From an uncultured Actinomycetes bacterium (GTDB taxonomy: Bacteria > Actinomycetota > Thermoleophilia > Gaiellales > Gaiellaceae), in NCBI GenBank assembly GCA_963715705.1, contig OY970267.1, positions 95,094-119,093 of the forward strand: 24,000 nucleotides of DNA, in the 5' to 3' direction. The notes under the pieces were generated by a model. The model saw nothing but the letters and a program-made list of their open reading frames with translations. It did no database searches and had not been told where the DNA came from. Below, in pieces: positions 7,482-15,417 of this stretch; positions within the stretch are counted from its first letter, which is position 1, and every line of letters begins with the position of its first letter. A program made the translations under genes and the position numbers.

Positions 7482-8395
7482 CGCGTATCCGGCGGAGGAG
7501 CTCCGTCGCGGAGCCACCCGACGTTCTGCCGTATCTCCTCCTCCGGGTCCGCCCCGAGATGACCGGCAACGTCGTCCACCTTCACGACGCAGCCCGGGAC
7601 GTGCTCGGCCAGCCACTCGCCGTGCGCCGGAGGGACGAGCACGTCGGAGCTCCCGTACCAGACGAGCACCGGCACGCTGATCTCCGTCACGTCGAAGCCC
7701 CACGGGCGAACGAACGCCAGGTCGTCGTCGACCCAGCCCCACACGCCGTTCACGGCCTCTTCGGCGACCGACTCGCGGATCACCTGCATCATCTCCGGCC
7801 GGGCGAGCTGCTCGCGGTCGGAGTCGCTGATCTCGAAGTCGCCGAGGACGTTCGTCGGGTCGGCGGCGACCCGTTCCTCCATCGCCGCGTGCTCGCGCTC
7901 CAGCTCCACAGCGAGAACGTCCTCGCCTGCCAGCGCCCAGCCGAACTCCTTGACGTTCTCCGGATCCATGCCGGCAATCCACGCGTCGTGGTCGAGCCCG
8001 GGCGATCCGACCGGCGCGATGCCGACGAGACAGGTCGCGCGCGCGACCCGCTCGGGAAGCCGCGCCGCGCAGGCGAGCGCGTGCGGCCCGCCTCCCGATC
8101 CGCCCGAGACGCCGAACTGCTCGAGGCCGAGGTGGTCGGCGAGCGCCACGACGTCGTCGACCTCGTCGGCAACGGAGCGTCCGCGGCGGCGGGCGGAGCG
8201 TCCGTACCCGGCCCGGTCGTGCGTCACGTAGCAGACTCCGAGCTCGCGGTAGAGGTCTTCGTTCGGCCAGCGCCCGAGGCGAGATCCCGGGGTCCCGTGG
8301 AGCGTCAGCACGGGGAACCCGGCCGGGTCGCCCCAGATCGCAAACGCGAGCTCGCGCCCGTCGGGCGTTACTAGTGTCCTGAGGGGCTCAGCCAC
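7478..8395 (-). CDS. Alpha/beta-fold hydrolase
   Basis: 305 aa. HGTPGSRL is oxyanion-region-like; the nucleophile elbow is GVSGGSGG (G-x-S-x-G); a C-terminal ...AGHLG histidine is present. GTG start at 8395 with no obvious SD. Its stop shares the CTAG tetranucleotide (7478-7481) with the convergent SemiSWEET stop. Confidence 0.8.
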   Translation of the reverse strand: MAEPLRTLVTPDGRELAFAIWGDPAGFPVLTLHGTPGSRLGRWPNEDLYRELGVCYVTHDRAGYGRSARRRGRSVADEVDDVVALADHLGLEQFGVSGGSGGGPHALACAARLPERVARATCLVGIAPVGSPGLDHDAWIAGMDPENVKEFGWALAGEDVLAVELEREHAAMEERVAADPTNVLGDFEISDSDREQLARPEMMQVIRESVAEEAVNGVWGWVDDDLAFVRPWGFDVTEISVPVLVWYGSSDVLVPPAHGEWLAEHVPGCVVKVDDVAGHLGADPEEEIRQNVGWLRDGAPPPDTR

Positions 8396-8530
8396 GAAGG
8401 GACACCGGCGGCTGCGTCATGCGCGCGACTCTACCCTCCGCGGCGCGCGAACCAAGATCAGGGTAAGCCCTGAGCGTGGTTCGGGGTGAGCCGAGTTCCG
8501 GCGCGGGTCGGCCGCTTCTAGCCTCGGAGG

Positions 8531-9220
8531 ATGACGTCGCTCCCGTTCACTCCGGCCACCGGGCTCAAGGCAAGCGCGCAGCTGGAGACCACCGCGGCGT
8601 GTGAGACGCGCGGGTGCTCGTGCTGCGCGACGACGAGCATCGCGACGCTCCCGAACGCCGTCACGATCACGAGGACGATCGCGTGTGCGGCCCTCGCCGT
8701 TGCTGCCGTTGGGGATGCTTCGTGGGCCTTTCTCCTCGCGGCCGTCGCGGCGTACTGGGTGGGCGATGTCGCGGACGGCATCCTGGCTCGCGCGACCGGT
8801 CGCGAGACGCGGTTCGGCGCTGCGCTCGACGTCGTCTGCGACCGGGCGTGCTGCGCGCTCGTGATGCTCGGCGTCGTCGCACTCGAGCCGTCCTTCGCGC
8901 TCCCGGTCGCCGTGTACCTGCTCGCGTTCGTCGTCGTGGACACTCTCCTGTCCCTGACGTTCCTGGGCTGGCCGCTCCTCGGCGTCAACTACCTCCGGCT
9001 CGTCGACGAGCGCGTGTGGCTCTTGAACTTCTCGCCGCCCGCGAAGCTGCTCAACTCCGCCGTCTTCCTCGTCCTACTCATGACAGGGAGGCCGTGGGCG
9101 GCCGCGGCCGCGGCGACGGTCGCGCTCGGGGTCAAGAGCTTCTCGCTCCTGCGCATGCTGAAGACGTTGCTCGCGCGACCGTCCGGATGCTTCGCGCGTG
9201 CGGAAGTGGCAGCGCGATGA
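8531..9220 (+). CDS. CDP-alcohol phosphatidyltransferase family protein
   Basis: Exact family signature D-x2-D-G-x2-A-R-x8-G-x3-D-x3-D in DVADGILARATGRETRFGAALDVVCD, preceded by LPNAVTITR. Multiple TM segments. The start at ATG 8531 is uncertain because GGAGG abuts the ATG directly. Confidence 0.8.
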   Translation: MTSLPFTPATGLKASAQLETTAACETRGCSCCATTSIATLPNAVTITRTIACAALAVAAVGDASWAFLLAAVAAYWVGDVADGILARATGRETRFGAALDVVCDRACCALVMLGVVALEPSFALPVAVYLLAFVVVDTLLSLTFLGWPLLGVNYLRLVDERVWLLNFSPPAKLLNSAVFLVLLMTGRPWAAAAAATVALGVKSFSLLRMLKTLLARPSGCFARAEVAAR

Positions 9221-9684
9221 AGGAGCTCGGACTGATCGCCGGAGTGCTCGTGCTCGCGTTCGTCTCGGCTTTCGTCCCGGTTGTGTCGATCGAGCTTGCG
9301 CTCGTCGCCGCCGCGGCTACGGGAAGCTCCGGGCGGCTCTTGCTCGCCCAGGTGCTCGCCGCAGCGGCCGGTCAGATGATCGGCAAGAGCTGCTTCTTCC
9401 TTGGAGGTCGTGGCGTGCTCGTCTGGAGGAAGCGGAACAAGGCGCCCGGGCCGCCGCGGAGCGAGCGCATGAGCCGGCTCATGGCGCGTGCCACCCGGCA
9501 GCGTGGCGCTGCCGTCGCGACCGTATTCGTGTCCGCATTCACCGGCCTGCCTCCGTTCGCGCTCGTGGCGGCGATCGCCGGAGCGTGGCGATTGCGACTG
9601 GCGTCGTTCTTCGTCGTCGGTCTCGCGGGCCGCTCGGTGCGCTTCGGGAGCGTCCTGCTCCTGCCTCAGATGCCCGGGATGTAA
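9217..9684 (+). CDS. YqaA-like / DedA-superfamily small membrane protein
   Basis: The ATG at 9217 overlaps the upstream stop (ATGA). 155 aa. LAFVSAFVPVVSIELALVAAAATG, GQMIGKSCFFLGGRG and AFTGLPPFALVAAIAGAWRL line up with the YqaA (COG1238) layout as I remember it. Confidence 0.55.
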   Translation: MKELGLIAGVLVLAFVSAFVPVVSIELALVAAAATGSSGRLLLAQVLAAAAGQMIGKSCFFLGGRGVLVWRKRNKAPGPPRSERMSRLMARATRQRGAAVATVFVSAFTGLPPFALVAAIAGAWRLRLASFFVVGLAGRSVRFGSVLLLPQMPGM

Positions 9685-9695
9685 TCGCGAGCAGG

Positions 9696-10386
9696 CTAGG
9701 TGCGCGTTTGGCCGGCGAGGAGAGCTGCGTTCTCCTTCGTGCCGGCGCCCTGGAGCAGGAACGCGACCCCGGCGTCCTGCCAGAGCAGCGCGCCAGCGGC
9801 GACGTCGAAGAGTTCCTTGTGGACCGCCAGGTCGGCTCCGATGACCGTGAAGGTCCCGCGCGCGGTGCCCGCGATCCAGATCGCGCGCAGGCCTCCTCCG
9901 ACGGCAATCTCCTCCGCGGTTCCGCTGCTCGGGACGACCGCGGCTCGCGCGCCGACGTCGGCGATCGACCACTGCGTGAGCCGGATTCGGCCGTCGTCGT
10001 ATGTGACGCTGACCATCCCGCCGACGATGTCGTCCCGTACGTAGGCGGCATCCGGCGCGCCGAGCGAGGCGATCGTCCGCACCGGGAAGGCAACCGTCGT
10101 CTGCGCTTCCGCCAGTTGCACGCGTCGACCGCCGTACGGCTGCGTCACATCGGCTGGGACCGGCCCGAGCTCGGGCACCTCGTCGACGTCGAACAGGTCG
10201 GCGAACGCCGAGATCGCCGAGGGTGCGGCGACAGCGCCCGCGAGCGCAGCGAGAACTGCGAAGGCGACCAGCAGGCGCGGGGCTCTGCGAGGCGGAGGCG
10301 CTGAGACCGGCGGGGTCGAACGCGGGCGCGTCGGCGTCCAGCGCGTGGGCGACCGTGCGGAGGCGGAGCTCGAGCTGCTCAGGCAT
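9696..10386 (-). CDS. Putative membrane-anchored anti-sigma factor; reading frame interrupted (apparent one-base frame break between about 10315 and 10270)
   Basis: The ATG at 10386 overlaps the sigma-factor stop by 8 nt (ATGCCTGA). The N-terminus MPEQLELRLRTVAHALDADAPAFDP... is in one frame. The TM helix LLVAFAVLAALAGAVAAPSAI and a roughly 170-aa extracytoplasmic domain are in the +1 frame, which has no start codon of its own. GC3 supports each frame on its own side of the break. Confidence 0.6.
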
Positions 10387-10966
10387 CTTCGTCCTCCAGC
10401 AGGGCCTCGAGCCGTCGACGCGCACGCATGAGGCGCACGCGGTAGGTCCCGGTCGACGTGCCTGCGAGCGGAGCCGCCTCGGCATCGGGCAGCTGGGCGA
10501 AGTAGCGCAGGGCGATCACGAGGCGATCGGCGTCCGAGAGCTGCGTGAGGGCGTGCAGGACTGTGGCGACCTCCTCTTGCTCGAGCACCATCTCGTCGGC
10601 GCCGGCGGCAGCCGTCTCGTGCCGCTCCGCAGCTCGGGCGGCGAGCCGCTCGTGCCGCAGTTCGGCCCGGCGCACGTTGCGCGCCTCGTTGACGACGATC
10701 TTGAGCAGCCACGGCCTGAACGCGGCACCGCGCCGGAAGCGTCGCAGCGAGCGATAGGCCTTCACGTAGGCGTTCTGAACCGCTTCCTGTGCGTCGGCGT
10801 TCCAGCCGGTGATCGAGACGGCGACGCGATAGGCGACGTGCTCGTGCGGCCGGACGAGCGCGGCGTACGCGTCGTGGTCGCCCGCGGCCGCGCGCGCGAC
10901 GAGCGCTGCCTCGGAGTCGCGCTCGGATCGCAGCAGCGGGAGCTCGATCGGGTACTCGGACGCCAT
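10379..10966 (-). CDS. ECF (group 4) RNA polymerase sigma-70 family factor
   Basis: 195 aa. Region 2 reads DAYAALVRPHEHVAYRVAVSITGWNADAQEAVQNAYVKAYRSL..FRPWLLKIVVNEARN. Region 4 reads LSDADRLVIALRYFAQLPDAEAAPLAGTSTGTYRVRLMRARRRL. SD GAGAGG lies upstream of the ATG at 10966. Confidence 0.9.
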   Translation of the reverse strand: MASEYPIELPLLRSERDSEAALVARAAAGDHDAYAALVRPHEHVAYRVAVSITGWNADAQEAVQNAYVKAYRSLRRFRRGAAFRPWLLKIVVNEARNVRRAELRHERLAARAAERHETAAAGADEMVLEQEEVATVLHALTQLSDADRLVIALRYFAQLPDAEAAPLAGTSTGTYRVRLMRARRRLEALLEDEDA

Positions 10967-11031
10967 GCCTCTCTCTTACACGCTGAGCGGCGCGGGTGTA
11001 ACGGGACGGTCGCTCGCCGCGTATTCGGGTG

Positions 11032-12117
11032 ATGCGCCGTTACGCGCTCCTCGCTCTCGCCGGTGCTGCTCTCGCGAGTGCCGCTCTCGCCGGAGCCGCG
11101 CCCACTCCGAAGTCCGAGCTGCAGCGGAACGCGGACCGGCTCATCGCGAAGAGCGGGATCCCGGGCGTCGTCACCTTGATCGAGCAGGAGGGTCGTCGCA
11201 CCGTCGTCTCGGCGGGACTCGGCGACGTGGGACGTCGAAGGGCGATGCGACCGAGCGACAGGTTCTGGGTCGGAAGCATCACGAAGGCCTTCGTCGCGAC
11301 GGTCGTCATGCAGCTCGTGGCCGAGGGCAGGCTCGGCCTCGACGACACGGTCGAGGAGATCCTCCCCGGCCGCATCCGCGAAGGGCGGCGGATCCGGCTG
11401 CGGAACCTGCTCAACCACACGAGCGGGATCCCCGAGTACATGCGGCTCGACCCGTGGGCGACCGTCGTCGCGCGGAATCCGCGCGTCCGGATTCCGGCGC
11501 GACGGCTCGTCTCCTCGGCTGCGCGCCTCTCGCTCGACTTCGAGCCGGGAACGCAGGCGTCCTACTCCAACACGAACTACCTCGTGCTCGCGGAGATCCT
11601 CGAGCGGGAGACGGGACGACCGATCGGCCGCCTGCTTCGGGCGCGCATCTTCAGGCCGCTCGGCCTGCGCGCAACGGCCTTCGAGAGCGGGCGCGGCGCG
11701 GTCGGAGGCAACCGGGTCCGCGGCTACGACGTCTCCGGGCCGCGCCCGCGCGATGTCTCGCTGCACCGGCTCGGCGGCCCGTGGGCCGACGGTGCGCTCG
11801 TGTCGAGCGCCCGCGACCTGGCGGTGTTCTTCGGCGCGCTGCTGCGCGGCAAGCTCGTCCCGCCGCAGCTGGTCGCCCTGATGAAGAGGCCGACGAAGGT
11901 GCCGGGGTCGCACGGCGAGGGACTCGGCCTCTACATGCTCCCGTCGCCGTGCAGCCGCTGGTACTACGGGCACGCCGGCGGCACGCCGGGTTATGTCACG
12001 TGGGCCGCAGGCTCACGCGACGCCAGCCGAATCGTCGTCCTCGGCGTGAATGGCGTCAGCCAGCCGGCGCTGCAAGCGCTGGGGAAGTATCTCGACGGGC
12101 TTCTCTGCCGGCGTTAG
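11032..12117 (+). CDS. Secreted beta-lactamase-fold serine hydrolase (class C beta-lactamase / D-Ala-D-Ala carboxypeptidase-like)
   Basis: Signal peptide MRRYALLALAGAALASAALAGA. Motifs: S-x-x-K in GSITKAF; Y-x-N in YSNTNY; third motif HAGGTPGY. An alternative GTG start lies at 11029. Confidence 0.85.
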   Translation: MRRYALLALAGAALASAALAGAAPTPKSELQRNADRLIAKSGIPGVVTLIEQEGRRTVVSAGLGDVGRRRAMRPSDRFWVGSITKAFVATVVMQLVAEGRLGLDDTVEEILPGRIREGRRIRLRNLLNHTSGIPEYMRLDPWATVVARNPRVRIPARRLVSSAARLSLDFEPGTQASYSNTNYLVLAEILERETGRPIGRLLRARIFRPLGLRATAFESGRGAVGGNRVRGYDVSGPRPRDVSLHRLGGPWADGALVSSARDLAVFFGALLRGKLVPPQLVALMKRPTKVPGSHGEGLGLYMLPSPCSRWYYGHAGGTPGYVTWAAGSRDASRIVVLGVNGVSQPALQALGKYLDGLLCRR

Positions 12118-12187
12118 TCAGCTCGGCGGGGCACAGATCAAGCCTGACCCCGTTACTAGCTTGCGGAGCAAGGGAGGATCCACTACC

Positions 12188-12550
12188 ATGCGCCGCATGG
12201 CAGCTCACGAGGGACGACGCAGCCAGTTGCTTCGCGGAGTCCTCGACCTCTGTCTGCTGGCCGTGGTGGAGGAAGAGCCCGCTTACGGCTACGAGATGAC
12301 GAAGCGACTTCGTGCGCGCGGGCTCTCCATCGTCGGCGAGGGATCGATCTACCCGCTGCTCGGCCGGCTGGAGCGGGACGGCCTCGTCGACACCTACCGC
12401 GCCGCCAGCAACGGGGGCCCGCCGCGGAAGTACTACCGCCTCACCCGAGACGGGCAACGTGCTCTCGCGGCCGGCGTCTCAGAATGGCGGGGGGCGCGTG
12501 ACGCCGTCGATATTGTGCTGGCCGGCGTCGAAGCGGAGGTTCCGGCGTGA
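12188..12550 (+). CDS. PadR family transcriptional regulator
   Basis: Sequence LLRGVLDLCLLAVVEEEPAYGYEMTKRL...GSIYPLLGRLERDGLV...RKYYRLTRDG. SD AGGGAGGA (12171-12178) lies about 9 nt upstream of the ATG at 12188. Confidence 0.9.
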   Translation: MRRMAAHEGRRSQLLRGVLDLCLLAVVEEEPAYGYEMTKRLRARGLSIVGEGSIYPLLGRLERDGLVDTYRAASNGGPPRKYYRLTRDGQRALAAGVSEWRGARDAVDIVLAGVEAEVPA

Positions 12551-13161
12551 ACGACTTCGTCGAGCAATGCCGCCGAGAGTGGAAGCGGCTTCGCGTCCCG
12601 GACGACGTCGCCGATGAAATGGCCGCAGACCTCTCGGCCGACCTGCACGAAGCCGAGGCCGAAGGAGCATCGGTCGAGGAAGTGCTCGGCAGCGGTGCAA
12701 GCGACCCGCGCACGTTCGCCGCCTCCTGGGCAGTCGAGCGAGCCGTCATCCCGCCACCGCGCTTGACAGCCAGACCCAGGACAGCGCTCGTGGCCACAGC
12801 GATCGCAGCCCTGACGCTGGTGGCGGTGCTCGGTGCAGCTCTCGTGCTCTTCGCGTCGCCTTCCGTCTCCGAGTCCACGACCGCAGTTGATGTGCCCGGA
12901 GAACTGAGAGGCCCAAGAGCGCCAGCGGGCTGGCCAAAAGCCCGTGTAGCCCCAGCCCCGGCCTACGCCTCACCCCGAACTGTCAGCGGGGTCTGGATCC
13001 AACACGACGGACGCGGCGTCCTCCTCGTGGAGCCGAACGGTTCGGGCGTGGAGATCAACGAGGTCGGATCGATCCTGCTGATCGTCGGCCTGGTCGGAGT
13101 CGTCCCGGCGCTGCTCTTCCTGCTCTGGTCGTCGCGGGCCAGACGCGACTACTCGTTCTGA
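12547..13161 (+). CDS. PadR-associated membrane protein (DUF1700-like N-terminal helical region, two TM segments)
   Basis: The GTG at 12547 overlaps the PadR stop (GTGA). The N-terminus FVEQCRREWKRLRVPDDVADEMAADLSADLHEAEAEGASVEEVLG..DPRTFA resembles partners usually encoded after PadR genes. TM segments: ALVATAIAALTLVAVLGAALVLF and ILLIVGLVGVVPALLFLLW. Confidence 0.6.
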   Translation: MNDFVEQCRREWKRLRVPDDVADEMAADLSADLHEAEAEGASVEEVLGSGASDPRTFAASWAVERAVIPPPRLTARPRTALVATAIAALTLVAVLGAALVLFASPSVSESTTAVDVPGELRGPRAPAGWPKARVAPAPAYASPRTVSGVWIQHDGRGVLLVEPNGSGVEINEVGSILLIVGLVGVVPALLFLLWSSRARRDYSF

Positions 13162-13186
13162 GCGCGTAGCAGCCGGCCGACGTAGC

Positions 13187-13327
13187 CTACGACTCGCCGT
13201 CCCAGTAGCCGACTGGCTCTCCGTGCCGGGTCATGAAGATGTCTTCGCCCTTCGCGTCCACGGTGACGACCTTGCCGCTGTCACGGTCGTCGCACGGGGA
13301 CGGTCGAAGAACGTTGGCGATCTCCAT
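13187..13327 (-). CDS. Hypothetical small protein (46 aa)
   Basis: Sequence MEIANVLRPSPCDDRDSGKVVTVDAKGEDIFMTRHGEPVGYWDGES. GC3 is good but the SD is weak (AGGA) and I recognise no family. The longer start at 13408 looks non-coding. Confidence 0.3.
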   Translation of the reverse strand: MEIANVLRPSPCDDRDSGKVVTVDAKGEDIFMTRHGEPVGYWDGES

Positions 13328-13482
13328 CGCCACAATCCTAGGCGGTGCGGCGACGCGCTCGAAGCGCAACGGTGAGGCGCAGCGGCGTCGAGTAGACTGG
13401 GACGACACGTAGCTCTCTCCTTCCGCCGCTGCACTCTCGACGAGTCGCGCCAGGTCTGAGCCATATCGGAGAGGAGAGCCTC

Positions 13483-13884
13483 ATGACTCGAGTTCTCTCG
13501 ACCGCGCGGGCGGACGAGTTCGCCGAGCGCGATCGCGTAGCGTGGAACCTTCCAGGTCCGTCGGCGAGCGCGACCTCAGACGCCCCGCCAACGCCCGCCT
13601 CCCGGACCCACCTCGCCGCCGTGCCAGCCCTCGACGTCGACGACCTCGCTCAGGATGCGACCGTCGAGGAGGACCTCGACTGGCAAGAGTTCTGCTCTCG
13701 GTACTACCCGGGACGGCGGCGGCACGATTTCGAGGCACTGACTGCCTATGGCGTCTACAAGTCGTCAGGAGGCGTCGCCGTGCGGCCAGCCCGGGAGCTC
13801 GTGCGGCTGGGAGAGCCAGAGCTGGACTCGCCGGAGTCGACGGAAACCGACTCCTGGGAAGACGAGGGCGGGGCGGCTCAGTAG
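13483..13884 (+). CDS. Hypothetical protein (133 aa) with a C-terminal WEDEGG tail
   Basis: A very strong SD GGAGAGGAGAG (13467-13477) precedes the ATG at 13483, and GC3 is high. There is a conserved-looking core DWQEFCSRYYPGRRRHDFEALTAYGVYK and an acidic tail ending SWEDEGGAAQ. I can name no domain. Confidence 0.6.
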   Translation: MTRVLSTARADEFAERDRVAWNLPGPSASATSDAPPTPASRTHLAAVPALDVDDLAQDATVEEDLDWQEFCSRYYPGRRRHDFEALTAYGVYKSSGGVAVRPARELVRLGEPELDSPESTETDSWEDEGGAAQ

Positions 13885-13975
13885 GGGAGGCTTCCTCGCC
13901 GACTGTCGCCTCCTCCGGAGCACAGCAGGGAGTTCGTTCGGACTCACTGTCCTGATCGGACCGAAGGAGATCCAC

Positions 13976-14455
13976 ATGAGTACAACCACCGCTCGCCCCC
14001 ATGACGTCGTGGACCCGAATCCCACCGCCGGGCTGACCGGCAAGCTCACCGAAGGCGACTCGCACTTCATCGCCGGCAGCAGCGACCGGTCGTTCGGGGA
14101 GGATCGGAGGACGCGGGCACATCGGCGTCGCCTTGTCGGATTCTCGGTCTGTATCGCGCTCTGGGTGCTGACCGTCATTCCACTGGCACGCGAGAACATC
14201 GGCGGACGAGAAGGCGTGGCTGTCGTCCTCTTCTACCTCGCAGCCGCTGCCATCAGCCTTGGAATCGCGGCCGCGATCCGCGGCGTCTACATCGCGCTGA
14301 GGAGAGACACGCAGTTCTGGTCACCGGTGGTGTTCCTGGTGGCGGCCGTCCTGGCGATCATGAGCTACGGGGCCCAGACCGCAGGGGTAGAAGAAGTCCC
14401 GATCGAGGGCGCCGCGGCCCAAGTGTCCGATGCGGGCGGGGGGTCGGGCGCGTAG
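13976..14455 (+). CDS. Hypothetical membrane protein (159 aa, three predicted TM helices)
   Basis: SD AAGGAGA (13964-13970) precedes the ATG at 13976. A basic stretch RRTRAHRRR is followed by TM segments LVGFSVCIALWVLTVIPL, VAVVLFYLAAAAISLGIAAAI and VVFLVAAVLAIMSY. The upstream part of ORF 13748..14455 overlaps the previous gene and looks non-coding. Confidence 0.6.
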   Translation: MSTTTARPHDVVDPNPTAGLTGKLTEGDSHFIAGSSDRSFGEDRRTRAHRRRLVGFSVCIALWVLTVIPLARENIGGREGVAVVLFYLAAAAISLGIAAAIRGVYIALRRDTQFWSPVVFLVAAVLAIMSYGAQTAGVEEVPIEGAAAQVSDAGGGSGA

Positions 14456-14483
14456 CCGAAGACCTACTGTGAGCCGCCGGCGT

Positions 14484-14876
14484 CTAGCGACCGGCGCGCT
14501 CGACGCCGAGGCGGCGGAGCAAGCGTTCCACCTCGGGGACACGCTCTCGGATGCGCTCGAAGTCCTGGCCGGAGAGCGAGAGGAGCCGCATCGGCGTTCG
14601 CGCCACTACCGTGGCCGACCGCTCTCCTGTCAGGAGGAGTGCGATCTCCCCGAACGCGTCGCCGGGGCCGATGCCCTGGGCAGCTTCGCCTGAGTCGGTC
14701 ACGACGTCCGCAGCTCCCTCTTCGATGAAGTAGATGGCGGTCCCGTAGTCGTCGACCGTGACGACGTTGACACCCGCCTCGACCTCCACCTCCCTCACAG
14801 CGGCAGCGAGCTGGTCGAGCTCCGCCGCAGGAAGGTCGGCGAAGATCGGAAGCGCTGCGATCCGACTGGAATCCAC
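14484..14876 (-). CDS. Standalone cyclic-nucleotide-binding (cNMP/CAP effector) domain protein
   Basis: 130 aa. Sequence LPIFADLPAAELDQLAAAVREVEVEAGVNVV...GDAFGEIALLLTGERSATVVA, the phosphate-binding-cassette-like FGE..L....R.A.V. No DNA-binding or other output domain fits in this length. Confidence 0.8.
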   Translation of the reverse strand: MDSSRIAALPIFADLPAAELDQLAAAVREVEVEAGVNVVTVDDYGTAIYFIEEGAADVVTDSGEAAQGIGPGDAFGEIALLLTGERSATVVARTPMRLLSLSGQDFERIRERVPEVERLLRRLGVERAGR

Positions 14877-14949
14877 GGCAACGATCGTGCCACAGCTGAC
14901 TGACCAGGGCGAGTATGCGGCGGGTACGTGGACGCGGAGATCCGGCGCT

Positions 14950-15417
14950 CTAGCTGCGCCTGAGCGCCTCGAGACGCTCGAGGCTTGCGGCCGGCCAGAG
15001 CTCCTGCGGGTCGTAGTACGTCGAGAACGCGGGCACCGAGTCCGGGAGCGCGACCCAGGGCAGCTTCGAGCGCGTGTAGATGTGGACGTCCGGCGCGACG
15101 CGCGACGGGTCGTCGAGCGTGCCGGCCCGGACGAAGCGGGTACTTGCCCGCGTGTAGCGGCTGAAGACCGCGATCTGACAGGTCGGGCAGCGGAAGATCT
15201 GCTGCTTGCCGCTCTTCCCGCGCGGCACGTCGACCTGCTGCGGCTCGCCCGAGAGAAGCTCGATGCGGTCCGTCTCGATTATCGCGTTGATGACGAACGC
15301 GCTGCCGGTCTGCCGCTGGCAGTTCAGGCAGTGGCAGCAGTGGACGAAGAGCGGCTCGGACGTGAGGCGGTAGCGAATCTCTCCGCAGGCGCAGCCGCCT
15401 TCGAGTTCGGAGCTCAA
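14950..15417 (-). CDS. GFA family (glutathione-dependent formaldehyde-activating / CENP-V-like) Cys-rich protein
   Basis: Sequence GGCACGEIRYRL...VHCCHCLNCQRQTGSAF...FRCPTCQ. The start is inferred as the TTG at 15417, which overlaps the upstream stop (TTGA). The upstream part of ORF 14950..16053 is an out-of-frame read of the MBL-like gene. Confidence 0.75.
   Translation of the reverse strand: MSSELEGGCACGEIRYRLTSEPLFVHCCHCLNCQRQTGSAFVINAIIETDRIELLSGEPQQVDVPRGKSGKQQIFRCPTCQIAVFSRYTRASTRFVRAGTLDDPSRVAPDVHIYTRSKLPWVALPDSVPAFSTYYDPQELWPAASLERLEALRRS

Noticed and set aside
8396-8530. Possible tRNA or small RNA in the 135-bp divergent gap (GGTTCGGGG resembles a T-loop).
   Set aside because: I could build no cloverleaf: flanking T-stem complementarity, an acceptor stem and an anticodon arm are all absent. 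No other intergenic region in the window is long enough or tRNA-like.
10967-11031. A candidate ECF-type autoregulatory promoter upstream of the sigma gene (minus strand GAATA - about 18 nt - CGTTA, roughly 11026-10999).
   Set aside because: It only loosely resembles GGAAC-N16-17-CGTT, the spacing is off by 1-2 nt, and I have no second example in the window to compare. This is too weak to annotate.
13187-13327. The segment DIFMTRHGEPVGYW in the 46-aa ORF resembles the ...VITRHGKPVAVL core of Phd/YefM antitoxins, which hints at a toxin-antitoxin remnant.
   Set aside because: The similarity covers only about 8 residues, the rest does not fit the family, and there is no adjacent toxin-like ORF.
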